A stretch of 64,000 bases of DNA from NCBI GenBank assembly GCA_015061035.1, contig SUXK01000003.1:92700-156699 (forward strand). The letters run 5' to 3'. Below the pieces are notes generated by a model. It was given only the letters and a program-made list of their open reading frames with translations, ran no database searches and was not told the origin of the DNA. Source of the DNA: Bacteroidales bacterium (GTDB taxonomy: Bacteria > Bacteroidota > Bacteroidia > Bacteroidales > G3-4614). Positions 17,070-25,636 of the stretch are shown in pieces; within the stretch, counting starts at the first letter, position 1; each line of letters opens with the position of its first letter. A program made the translations under genes and the position numbers.

Positions 17070-18359
17070 CTATTTCGGAATATTTTTACCAACTGTAATA
17101 TATGCCTCTGAGAGATAGTGATATCCCGATGCATTTTGGAATATACGCAATTCAAACATCCTTGAAACAGAATATATATACTCCGTAATTTCACTACGAA
17201 CAGCCTCATATCCTTTCCACTCTGTAATAACAGTAAAACAATAAACCTGTAACGGAACACCATTCTCCGTAGGATCCAATATACGCACCATCGATAACAT
17301 ACTCTTATTGAGTAACTGGTGCTGATTAATATATAGTTGAATATATGCTCTAAACAAACCTAAATTAGTATCAATTGTACCATAAATATCTTGCGGTTTT
17401 CTAACCCTCTCCCCTCTCCTCTCCTGCTCTTTTAAGTTTATAAAATCTCTTAGAATATCAAATCTTTTCCAACTACTTAACTGTTGTAATGAAAGACCTT
17501 TAATACTCTCCTCTTCAATTGTAACAGTTATCATAATTCGCCTACCAGCACTATCCTGCATAGCCCGCCAGTTTTGCACAGTTGATGATATTAAAGCATA
17601 AGGAGGGACAGTAACGATAGTATTATCAAAGTTGCGAACTTTCACCGTATTTAAAGTAATATCTTCAATAATACCATTAACATTCCTATCAGCAGTTGTA
17701 ATCCAGTCCCCTTTGCGAACAACATCATTTTGCATAAGTTGTACCCCTGCAACTAATCCCAAAATTGTATCCTTAAAAACCAACATTAATACAGCAGCAA
17801 AAGCACCTAATCCGGTAATGAGAGTCAAAGGAGACTTACCAATAATAATAGATAAAACAATAATAAAACCCAGCACAAGAACAATCCCTTTAATAAGTTG
17901 TACTAGTCCATGCAGAGGAATATTTTTAGACTTCTCCCCTTCATTCAATATATGCCAAATAACACCCAACAGATAGTTAAGATATATAGTAAAAGATATT
18001 ATTAAATATATCCAGCAGATACGTTCAAAGAGTGATATAAACTTAGTATAGTCATTGTATGCCAATGGCAAGAATGGGAGTATAAAGATAGGAGGAAAAA
18101 CATAAACAAGTTTTGAAAAAGTGTCGCGCTTAAACAATAGTTTCACAACCCTACCCTTAGCCCTTTTAAAAATACGAGAAAAAACAAAAATAAGTAAAAT
18201 ACGTAATAACCAAGAGAGAAAAATAGAGACTATAATCAAAAAGAGTATAAAAATCCAACATTCAAACTCCTCTGCCATCATGGGAGAGATGCCCAGACTC
18301 TCAAAAATTATTTTGACAACCGAATTAAAAGAATTAAAAAATGAAGAATCTTCTCTCAT
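17070..18359 (-). CDS. Mechanosensitive ion channel family protein (MscS-like)
   Basis: 429-aa ORF with several N-terminal TM helices and the MscS beta-domain signature GDWITTADRNVNGIIEDITLNTVKVRNFDNTIVTVP. Confidence 0.85.
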   Translation of the reverse strand: MREDSSFFNSFNSVVKIIFESLGISPMMAEEFECWIFILFLIIVSIFLSWLLRILLIFVFSRIFKRAKGRVVKLLFKRDTFSKLVYVFPPIFILPFLPLAYNDYTKFISLFERICWIYLIISFTIYLNYLLGVIWHILNEGEKSKNIPLHGLVQLIKGIVLVLGFIIVLSIIIGKSPLTLITGLGAFAAVLMLVFKDTILGLVAGVQLMQNDVVRKGDWITTADRNVNGIIEDITLNTVKVRNFDNTIVTVPPYALISSTVQNWRAMQDSAGRRIMITVTIEEESIKGLSLQQLSSWKRFDILRDFINLKEQERRGERVRKPQDIYGTIDTNLGLFRAYIQLYINQHQLLNKSMLSMVRILDPTENGVPLQVYCFTVITEWKGYEAVRSEITEYIYSVSRMFELRIFQNASGYHYLSEAYITVGKNIPK

Positions 18360-18457
18360 TATATCTTGCTTATAGAGTCAATAATCCCAAGATTTAACGA
18401 TGAAGAAGAGAGAAAAGTTTAACAATGTATAATTTATTTAGAGTGCTGAATATACTA

Positions 18458-18637
18458 TTACCAGAACTTATTATTCTCAGCACTATATTCAAAACCAACT
18501 GACGCAAGTTTATCAATAAGCCAAGAGCGATCAATATCCATACTTGCACACAACTCATCAAGCGATGGATACTCATCACGTAACTTCATATTAACAAAAC
18601 TAAAGAGCATCATTGGATCAGAAGGAATTGTTTGCAT
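18458..18637 (-). CDS. DUF4250 domain-containing small protein
   Basis: 59-aa ORF below the ORF-track cut-off: MQTIPSDPMMLFSFVNMKLRDEYPSLDELCASMDIDRSWLIDKLASVGFEYSAENNKFW. It matches the DUF4250 pattern (P..L...VN.KLRD.Y.SLD.LC). The track's 18394..18579 ORF is in another frame and looks spurious. Confidence 0.7.
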   Translation of the reverse strand: MQTIPSDPMMLFSFVNMKLRDEYPSLDELCASMDIDRSWLIDKLASVGFEYSAENNKFW

Positions 18638-18661
18638 ATAATCAAAATCTTTAAAGTTTAA

Positions 18662-18696
18662 ACAAAAAGAAGGCTGTCTAATTAAATCAGACAGCC
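18662..18696 (-). terminator. Intrinsic terminator of the ferredoxin gene
   Basis: Stem GGCTGTCT/AGACAGCC (18672-18679/18689-18696) with a T-run on the minus strand (plus-strand aacaaaaaga). Confidence 0.65.
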
Positions 18697-18718
18697 AATA
18701 ATCTCTTTTAGACTACGA

Positions 18719-18886
18719 TTATCCCTCGATAATAGCACCTGTAGGACAAGCATCAGCGCAAGTACCACAGCTTAAACATTTATCAGGATCAATTACGTAG
18801 ATATCGCCCTCAGAGATAGCCTCAACTGGGCACTCACCTGCACATGTTCCACATGCTACGCAGTCTTCTGTAATAACGTAAGCCAT
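18719..18886 (-). CDS. 2x[4Fe-4S] ferredoxin (55 aa)
   Basis: Below the ORF-track cut-off: MAYVITEDCVACGTCAGECPVEAISEGDIYVIDPDKCLSCGTCADACPTGAIIEG. It has two CxxCxxCxxxCP clusters, its own -7 box and its own terminator. Confidence 0.9.
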   Translation of the reverse strand: MAYVITEDCVACGTCAGECPVEAISEGDIYVIDPDKCLSCGTCADACPTGAIIEG

Positions 18887-18922
18887 TTTCGTTTTGTTTA
18901 TAAATTAGTACTAATGTTGGTA

Positions 18923-18930
18923 CAAAGTTA
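18923..18930 (-). promoter_or_regulatory. -7 promoter box (TAACTTTG on the minus strand) for the ferredoxin gene
   Basis: Plus-strand caaagtta, 37 nt upstream of the ATG at 18886. Confidence 0.55.
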
Positions 18931-18991
18931 CTGTTTTCTTGCAAATAAGCAAAAAATAGAGTGTTAAAATATTACTGCACTTGTTTTGTAA

Positions 18992-19477
18992 TTATTTCAA
19001 CTTATTACTTAATGCCGCCATTTTAATTGCAGTAACAGCAGCCTCATCACCTTTATTTCCAAGCACTCCACCCGCTCTATCAAGAGCCTGTTGCATATCA
19101 TCGGTAGTTAAAACACCAAATATAACAGGTATTGAGCCTTCCTCATTTAAAGAAGTAATTCCTTGAGTAACCCCCTCACACACATACTCAAAGTGAGGAG
19201 TTCCTCCGCGTACAACGCACCCTAAAACTATTACTGCATCTGGGCGATAGAATTGCATTGCTCTACGCGCTCCAAAAGTTAATTCAAAAGTTCCAGGAAC
19301 ATACTCAACAAATATATTATCTTGTTTAACGCCATTCTCCTCCAAAGTATCAAATGCACCTTTTAAAAGAGCGTCTGTAACTTGTTCGTTCCATTCAGAA
19401 CATATAATTGCAAACTTCATTTTTGAAGCATCTGGCATTGAATTTTTATCATATGCCGATAAATTTGTTGTTGCCAT
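18992..19477 (-). CDS. ribH: 6,7-dimethyl-8-ribityllumazine synthase
   Basis: 161-aa ORF with [21 protein letters not shown] and a typical RibH C-terminus. Confidence 0.93.
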   Translation of the reverse strand: MATTNLSAYDKNSMPDASKMKFAIICSEWNEQVTDALLKGAFDTLEENGVKQDNIFVEYVPGTFELTFGARRAMQFYRPDAVIVLGCVVRGGTPHFEYVCEGVTQGITSLNEEGSIPVIFGVLTTDDMQQALDRAGGVLGNKGDEAAVTAIKMAALSNKLK

Positions 19478-19553
19478 ATAATTGTATAATAAAAAAGGGT
19501 GCCAACATATAAAAATATGCGATACCCTTTATAATGTTATTATCAGTTTCAAA

Positions 19554-20237
19554 CTATTTTACTTGAGCCTCAGTTCTCTCAATATATTTATCAATATCTT
19601 GTCCTATAACAGAGTTCTCATATTTATCTTTAATCTCTTGATAGAACTCCAATGCTTGTGCATTGTCTCCTAATTTCTCAGCAACTGTTGCAGCCTTAAC
19701 AAGGAATAGGGGAGAGATTACTGAATTTGAAGCCTCATCTGCAGCTTTAACAAAGTTGCTAATTGCTTTGTCGTAATCACCCATATTGGCATAACAGTTT
19801 CCAATCATTGCAATAATGTTAGGATATAAAAGAGCCTCACCACCATCGTAAGCCTCAAAATACTCAAGAGCCTCCTCATTATTTCCAAGATTGTAAGCAC
19901 AAATTCCAGCATAAGCATTGGCCAAGTTACCAGCCTTAGTACCTGAATACTCATCTGCAATTGCTTTAAAACCTATAAAGTCAGCCTCATTTCCATTTAA
20001 AGCAACCTCAAAATTATCTTGCTCAAAATATATCTCTCCTTTATACATTGCATTTTGAGCCTCTTCTTCCATAGGAGCAAAATAGAATTGTTTTAGCATT
20101 AAGAAACCTGCAACAACCAAAATTGCTATAATAACAATAGTTGTAAGTTTTTTTCCATTTTTCTCAATCCATTGTTCTCCAGTAGAAAGGACGTTATTCA
20201 TTTTATCCAATTCGTCCATTTGTTGTTCTTTAGCCAT
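19554..20237 (-). CDS. Membrane-anchored tetratricopeptide-repeat protein (YfgM-like)
   Basis: 227-aa ORF with a single TM helix (LTTIVIIAILVVAGFLML) followed by TPR-like helices. It lies upstream of and on the same strand as ribH. Confidence 0.6.
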   Translation of the reverse strand: MAKEQQMDELDKMNNVLSTGEQWIEKNGKKLTTIVIIAILVVAGFLMLKQFYFAPMEEEAQNAMYKGEIYFEQDNFEVALNGNEADFIGFKAIADEYSGTKAGNLANAYAGICAYNLGNNEEALEYFEAYDGGEALLYPNIIAMIGNCYANMGDYDKAISNFVKAADEASNSVISPLFLVKAATVAEKLGDNAQALEFYQEIKDKYENSVIGQDIDKYIERTEAQVK

Positions 20238-20332
20238 TTGTATCTAATGTTTTTAATTAATATTCAAATCTTTACACAAAAAAAGGAGATATTCTAACAT
20301 AAAATAAGAGTCTTTTTTTGCAAAATCAAATG

Positions 20333-20340
20333 CAAAAATA
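20333..20340 (-). promoter_or_regulatory. -7 promoter box (TATTTTTG on the minus strand), candidate for the TPR-ribH unit
   Basis: Plus-strand caaaaata. Confidence 0.4.
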
Positions 20341-20426
20341 AAATATTTATCGATATAAATAAAATTTCGCCCATAATTTTTACATTTTTAATAACATATA
20401 AACTAAAATAATCGGTATTTAATTAC

Positions 20427-20434
20427 TATCTTCG
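20427..20434 (+). promoter_or_regulatory. -7 promoter box TATCTTCG(CA) for recF
   Basis: Matches TAnnTT(T/C)G, 33 nt upstream of the ATG at 20467. Confidence 0.55.
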
Positions 20435-20466
20435 CAGTAGAAAACAATAAAGAAGATTAATTAAAG

Positions 20467-21564
20467 ATGATACTCGAAACAATATCGTTACTGAATTTTA
20501 AAAACATAACCGAAGCCGATATATCACTATCGGATAATATAAATTGTTTCTTGGGTAACAACGGAATGGGTAAAACCAATCTATTAGACGCAATATATTA
20601 CCTATCGTTTTGTAAAAGTTTCTACAACATATCCGACACTCAAAACATTAAACATGGAGAGGAGTTCTTTATGATACGAGGGAACTATCGAGATAGCAGA
20701 AGTAACGAAACTTCAGAGATAAATTGTGGAGTAAAACTCAAACAAAAAAAGACTTTTAAACGAGACAAAAAGGAGTATAACAGATTATCGGAACACATTG
20801 GATACATACCCTTAGTAATAGTCTCGCCAGAAGATAGCGAGTTAGTAAAAGAGGGTAGTGAGATACGCCGAAAATTCATAGACCAAACCCTATCACAATT
20901 CAATAGAGAGTATCTCTCTGCCGTAATGGCATACAACAAAGCACTCTCAACACGCAATTCAATGCTGCGACAAGAGAATACCGAGAAGACCTTATTTGAA
21001 GTTGTTGAGGCACAAATGGAGTATGCCGCTAATTGTGTATTCAAATATAGAAAAGAGTTTATTGAAGATTTTGTATCTGTATTCAATAAATTTTACCAAG
21101 AGATATGTGGTGGAGGGGAGAGTGTGTCACTATCATACACCTCACACCTATACAACGAGAATTTATCTGTTCAACTTGCCGAGAGCAGGACAAAAGACGC
21201 AATATTAGGTTATACCACACGCGGGATACACCGCGATGATCTTGAGATGAAACTTGGCGACTATAATATAAAACGAGTAGGATCTCAAGGACAAACAAAA
21301 AGTTTTGCCATTGCCTTACGTTTTGCTCAATACGAGTACCTTAAAAAGATGGGAGGGAAGAGTCCAATATTACTACTTGATGATATATTTGATAAATTAG
21401 ATTCTAACAGAGTTGAACGCATTATGAATATGGTCTCTACTCCTGAGTTTGGACAAATATTCGTAACAGATACAAACCGAGAGTATTTAGATGCAATCAT
21501 ACGTAAAAGTGGAAAAGACTTCAAACTATTTGAGGTAGAAAACGGAGAGATAAGAGAGTTATAG
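20467..21564 (+). CDS. recF: DNA replication/repair protein RecF
   Basis: 365-aa ORF with Walker A GNNGMGKTN, signature GSQGQ and Walker B LLLDDIFDKLD. Confidence 0.93.
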   Translation: MILETISLLNFKNITEADISLSDNINCFLGNNGMGKTNLLDAIYYLSFCKSFYNISDTQNIKHGEEFFMIRGNYRDSRSNETSEINCGVKLKQKKTFKRDKKEYNRLSEHIGYIPLVIVSPEDSELVKEGSEIRRKFIDQTLSQFNREYLSAVMAYNKALSTRNSMLRQENTEKTLFEVVEAQMEYAANCVFKYRKEFIEDFVSVFNKFYQEICGGGESVSLSYTSHLYNENLSVQLAESRTKDAILGYTTRGIHRDDLEMKLGDYNIKRVGSQGQTKSFAIALRFAQYEYLKKMGGKSPILLLDDIFDKLDSNRVERIMNMVSTPEFGQIFVTDTNREYLDAIIRKSGKDFKLFEVENGEIREL

Positions 21565-21855
21565 ATGGAGAGACGCAAGACCATACATATAAGCGAAATT
21601 ATTCAGGAAATCCTGAATAAAAGCAACTTAAAGGGAAGACTTGACGAAACTACCATTTCCCAAAAATGGGAAGAGGTAGTTGGAAGGCCTATGGCACAAT
21701 ACACAAAAAATGTATATGTAAGCAAAGGTATTCTATACGTTAATGTTACTTCATCAGTTGTACGAAACGAACTAATGATGAGTCGCACAACACTCATTGA
21801 ACAACTTAATGCAATAACAGGGAACAAAACAATAACAGACATTATATTCAGATAA
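21565..21855 (+). CDS. DUF721 domain-containing protein (recF-associated)
   Basis: 96-aa ORF that starts directly after the recF stop. Position and size are typical of DUF721. Confidence 0.6.
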   Translation: MERRKTIHISEIIQEILNKSNLKGRLDETTISQKWEEVVGRPMAQYTKNVYVSKGILYVNVTSSVVRNELMMSRTTLIEQLNAITGNKTITDIIFR

Positions 21856-22298
21856 TGGAAAACCTATACAAACACACCATAGAGATACAACCCCGCTTCA
21901 ACGACTTTGATGTAATGGGGCACGTAAACAATACTGTTTTCATGAACTACTTTGATATTGGCAAAGTAGCATATTTCAAAGCAATATGGGATACTGACCT
22001 TGTTGATTGGCAAGAGTTTGGGTTAGTAATAGCACGAATAGAAACCGACTTCATAGCACCAATATTAATGGGCGATAGGGTAGTGGTTCGCACCACAATA
22101 CTACGCATAGGCAACAAAAGTTTAGAACTCTCTCAACAAATCATAAACCCCGACACAAACCAACTAAAAGCAGCAGCCCGAACAATCATGGTTGGTTTTG
22201 ATGTAAGCACCAATAGCGCAGAGCCAATAACCGAAAAGTGTGTTGAAGCAATAACCCGCTATGAAGGACGACCTTTCAAGAGAGAGATAAACAAATAG
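21855..22298 (+). CDS. Acyl-CoA thioesterase (4HBT/YbgC hot-dog family)
   Basis: 147-aa ORF with IQPRFNDFDVMGHVNNTVFMNYFD, the catalytic Asp region of the 4HBT fold. TAATG overlap with the upstream gene. Confidence 0.75.
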   Translation: MENLYKHTIEIQPRFNDFDVMGHVNNTVFMNYFDIGKVAYFKAIWDTDLVDWQEFGLVIARIETDFIAPILMGDRVVVRTTILRIGNKSLELSQQIINPDTNQLKAAARTIMVGFDVSTNSAEPITEKCVEAITRYEGRPFKREINK

Positions 22299-22321
22299 TA
22301 ATAATTAAATAATTTAATATA

Positions 22322-22349
22322 AAAGAGAGTGACACGTGTCACTCTCTTT
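22322..22349. terminator. 28-nt perfect palindrome, bidirectional terminator candidate
   Basis: AAAGAGAGTGAC ACGT GTCACTCTCTTT between the convergent thioesterase and WG-repeat genes. Confidence 0.65.
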
Positions 22350-22396
22350 AGGTTTGAAAGAATTTATAATTAAAAATATTCTTAAATCAATGAAAA

Positions 22397-23485
22397 TTAC
22401 CTGTCACTCTTAACCGACATATAATAAGGCAAACCATATATAGCATTGTTAATGTAGTCTGCCGATATATACGTGTATTGAGGATTTATTTTATACACCC
22501 CTTCTTCATTTATAAAGCCATAATAGTCACCTATCTTAACAAGGGCTAAATTATCAACAAAAGGATAAGCCTCATCAAATTGTCGTTTAATAACAATTTC
22601 GCCATACTTATCAACGTATGCCCATTTCCCATCAAGCATAACAGGAGCAATATCAGCACCATTAAAAGGAAGAACCTTCTCAAATGCTGGTTCAATAACC
22701 CAGTTTCCGTTAATATCAGTCCAGCCCCATCTCTCTTCACTTAAAGTGATATAAAGTTCTCCGTCATGAGTCATATCATCAAAGCGAGGTTCAAGAACAA
22801 ACTCACCCATTTTATCAATAATGCCCCACTTATCATTAAGTGCCACAACAGCATATTGATTAACAAAAGTCTTTGCTCCATCAAACTTAGCAGGGATAAT
22901 TACCGAGCCTGATTTATCAATATATCCCCACTTATTATCCAACCCTTTAACCGCTGCTAAACCTTCGCTAAAATGTGTTGCATCATAATATAGAGGAGCA
23001 ATAACTTTTTCACCTGTTAAAGAGGCAAATCCATAACGTTTCTGGCGTTTCTCAATAGAGTAGTATCTTGCCATATCCTCTATATAAATCTCAACCCAAT
23101 CAACCTCACGTAAAGTAAATTTAAGTTCGCCCTTACGATTAATTATACTTGGCAAATCACCCTTACGAACAACCCAAGCCATATTATTATTAAAGACAGT
23201 TGCATATTTGTAAACGTCAGGAATAATAACCTCTCCGTCATCATCAACATAACCAAATCTGTCATCCTTTCCAATCAAAGCAACATCATTTCTGATTAAA
23301 GAAATTTGGTTACACCCAACCGAAAACTGAAAATTATCTTTTTTTGAGATAAAAAAGATAGAATCCCCTGCCCCGACAGCAATATCCTTAACATCACCAA
23401 TCTTCCAACCTTCGTTAGAACATGATACAAATAGTATTGCCACAAACAATACAACCAATACTTTTATGTGTAATAAAGGCTTCAT
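22397..23485 (-). CDS. WG-repeat (KWG) lipoprotein
   Basis: 362-aa ORF with a lipobox (LFVSCSNEG) and repeated ~35-40-aa units carrying (K/R)(W/Y/F)G(Y/F/I)(I/V)D motifs (FGYVDDDG, KWGYIDKSG, KWGIIDKMG, KWAYVDKYG, YYGFINEEG). Confidence 0.8.
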   Translation of the reverse strand: MKPLLHIKVLVVLFVAILFVSCSNEGWKIGDVKDIAVGAGDSIFFISKKDNFQFSVGCNQISLIRNDVALIGKDDRFGYVDDDGEVIIPDVYKYATVFNNNMAWVVRKGDLPSIINRKGELKFTLREVDWVEIYIEDMARYYSIEKRQKRYGFASLTGEKVIAPLYYDATHFSEGLAAVKGLDNKWGYIDKSGSVIIPAKFDGAKTFVNQYAVVALNDKWGIIDKMGEFVLEPRFDDMTHDGELYITLSEERWGWTDINGNWVIEPAFEKVLPFNGADIAPVMLDGKWAYVDKYGEIVIKRQFDEAYPFVDNLALVKIGDYYGFINEEGVYKINPQYTYISADYINNAIYGLPYYMSVKSDR

Positions 23486-23494
23486 AGGTTAATC

Positions 23495-24433
23495 TTACAA
23501 AACATCATCTTCTGAGTAACTCTCAATATGTCTTGCTCTCTTCTCAGGATATATATCTTCAACTGTAATCAACATTCCAGTCTCCTCAACATCACCAAAC
23601 TCATCGTTAATGGCAGTGCCAAAAGTCTTCATTGATGGAGACAATGCCATGTATGCGCTCACTAATGGAGGAATATTAGCACCCAAATTTCTTATCTCAC
23701 TATTTAGAGTAAGATAATCCTTCTTATAATCATCCTTACAGAAAAGAGACTCAAAATCTGCATCATTCACAGTTGTATCCAACGGATAATGAGGTTTAAT
23801 AAGATTGTCTCTGTCAGGGAAATATATTCTTAAAAAGTTCATTATCATATTTCGGCCAACAACTGGGAACTCTGTGTACATAGTAAACTTTCCAAGCAGG
23901 TATTTTGTTTGCGGATATATACGAACAAGAGCCCCTAAACCATCCCAAAGATTATCAAGCGCAAACAATCCTTTTGCCCCAGCCTTTGAAGATTGATACT
24001 CTAAAGCAACAAACGAGCGACCTAATTCAATAGTATAAGGAAGATAATTTTCAATATAATCTTGAGAGAACTCAAAGAGGTGCGACATTGCAATACGAGG
24101 CAACCCATTCTCATTGAATTTTATATCTTTACCCAAGATAAAACGATAACCTCCCAATATCTCCTCTTTCTCAGGGTCCCATACAAACAACTGACGACAT
24201 GGAGGAGTCATTAAATCAAACTCATCAATATCAACCGATTTACCAGTACCGCCACCACCACTACGGAATGCAATTTCGCGTAAACGCCCTATCTCATTCA
24301 TAATATTTGGAGATTGGTGAGCCTCAATCACATATATCTCATTATTACACTTGCGAGTGTGTCTTATAAAAGTCGCTTGTTTTAACTCTTCCTTAATAAG
24401 GACTCTGTCTATTTTCTCTATTATCTCTTCCAT
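23495..24433 (-). CDS. glsB: GNAT-fold lipid N-acyltransferase (GlsB/OlsB-like, N-acyl glycine/commendamide-type synthase)
   Basis: 312-aa ORF with IGRLREIAFRSGGGGTG, LFALDNLWDGLGAL and NIPPLVSAYMALSP motifs, characteristic of the Bacteroidales hemolysin-like N-acyl amino acid synthase family. It lies directly downstream of a PlsC-type acyltransferase. Confidence 0.75.
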   Translation of the reverse strand: MEEIIEKIDRVLIKEELKQATFIRHTRKCNNEIYVIEAHQSPNIMNEIGRLREIAFRSGGGGTGKSVDIDEFDLMTPPCRQLFVWDPEKEEILGGYRFILGKDIKFNENGLPRIAMSHLFEFSQDYIENYLPYTIELGRSFVALEYQSSKAGAKGLFALDNLWDGLGALVRIYPQTKYLLGKFTMYTEFPVVGRNMIMNFLRIYFPDRDNLIKPHYPLDTTVNDADFESLFCKDDYKKDYLTLNSEIRNLGANIPPLVSAYMALSPSMKTFGTAINDEFGDVEETGMLITVEDIYPEKRARHIESYSEDDVL

Positions 24434-24442
24434 GATAATGGA

Positions 24443-25261
24443 TTACTTCTTAATATCGTAAACTAAATCTTTTACATATTGAGCCCACTGCATTGGCGTT
24501 TTCTCTGAATTAAAAGTCTGCCATGGGATAGGCTTGCCAAAATATATTTCAAATCTCTTACCCTTTGACTTAAATAACTCATCGGGCAAATATATAAGTT
24601 CAATATTAAATTTTATCCCTAACTTTTGGCGAATTGAGGCAAAATTATAAAAGAAGTTTGAATTTTTACCTTTGAAAAAAATAGGGACAACATCTCTCTC
24701 CTGCGACACCGCATTGGTCACAAACCACTTTTTCCAAGTCAAATCCAAAATCTTACCCTTTTGGCGACGCGAACACATACCAGCAGGGAAAACCAATAAC
24801 TGATTGTCGCTATCCAAAATATTATCCAAATCCTTCGCTAAACTCTTTGACTGCTTTCCGTAACAATTTATAGGAATAAAACAAGGAGCCAAAGGTTTCA
24901 TATTCATTAGCAAATCATTAACCTGAGCCTTAATTTTTCCATCAAAATATTTTCCTAACTCAGAAATCAATAGAATTCCATCCATTCCTCCAAGAGGATG
25001 GTTGCTAACAAAAATAAATTTCTTGTCTTTAGGAATATTTTCCAAACCATAAACATCACATTCAACCTCAAAGAAACGCTTTACATCAGTTGCAAAATCA
25101 ACTCCCTGCAAATGCGAACTCTCCCTTAAATAAGAGTTTATTTCCTCTTGATGTATTATTCGTTTAAGGTAATTCATAACAAATTTAGGCAAACCTTTAC
25201 CTTTGCGAAACTTGCTTTTAACAACCTTATCCAAATCTATTTGTAATGGTTCATTCATCAT
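24443..25261 (-). CDS. glsA: PlsC-family lysolipid O-acyltransferase (GlsA/OlsA-like)
   Basis: 272-aa ORF with the HX4D motif in SNHPLGGMDG and an FPAG motif. A 9-nt gap separates it from the downstream N-acyltransferase gene. Confidence 0.7.
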   Translation of the reverse strand: MMNEPLQIDLDKVVKSKFRKGKGLPKFVMNYLKRIIHQEEINSYLRESSHLQGVDFATDVKRFFEVECDVYGLENIPKDKKFIFVSNHPLGGMDGILLISELGKYFDGKIKAQVNDLLMNMKPLAPCFIPINCYGKQSKSLAKDLDNILDSDNQLLVFPAGMCSRRQKGKILDLTWKKWFVTNAVSQERDVVPIFFKGKNSNFFYNFASIRQKLGIKFNIELIYLPDELFKSKGKRFEIYFGKPIPWQTFNSEKTPMQWAQYVKDLVYDIKK

Positions 25262-25353
25262 TCAAAACAATAAAGTCGCATAATATTCTAATAAACAAAC
25301 ATTTATATCTCATATCTGTTTATTTTACTACACATTAAGCACAAATTACGAAA

Positions 25354-25361
25354 CAAAAGTA
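25354..25361 (-). promoter_or_regulatory. -7 promoter box (TACTTTTG on the minus strand), candidate for the glsA-glsB-WG unit
   Basis: Plus-strand caaaagta in the 350-bp divergent region. Confidence 0.4.
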
Positions 25362-25636
25362 CAATTTTTATCTCTTTATTAATAAAAATAAACACTTTTT
25401 TTATATAAAAAGATTTCTTATTTATGCTTTAGGGAGAAAAATTGACCACTCAAAAGAGGGTAAATTATTGCTATTTTAAATCTACTCTATTCAGCAGTAA
25501 AAACGGAAAACATACCCCCATTTTTTAAGAAAAAAATTTTTTATAAAAATCCTATTTTTTATACAATGTATATAAAATATTTTAACTATCTTTATCGGCT
25601 AATTTAGGATAATTGCCTTTTATCAAATACTACCTT

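Noticed and set aside
18394-18579. 61-aa ORF listed in the track.
   Set aside because: A different frame on the same strand encodes a DUF4250-like 59-aa protein with a recognisable conserved pattern. The listed ORF is hydrophobic junk with no start context.
19478-20466. Looked for an FMN riboswitch upstream of ribH.
   Set aside because: ribH is preceded by only 76 nt and then the TPR gene. The region upstream of the TPR gene is AT-rich with none of the conserved GC-rich FMN-element helices.
25262-25612. Looked for a degraded mraZ or a small ORF in the rsmH upstream region.
   Set aside because: All frames are full of stops, and no MraZ-like (SpoVT/AbrB repeat) peptide fragments were seen. 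The region is reported only as an absence.
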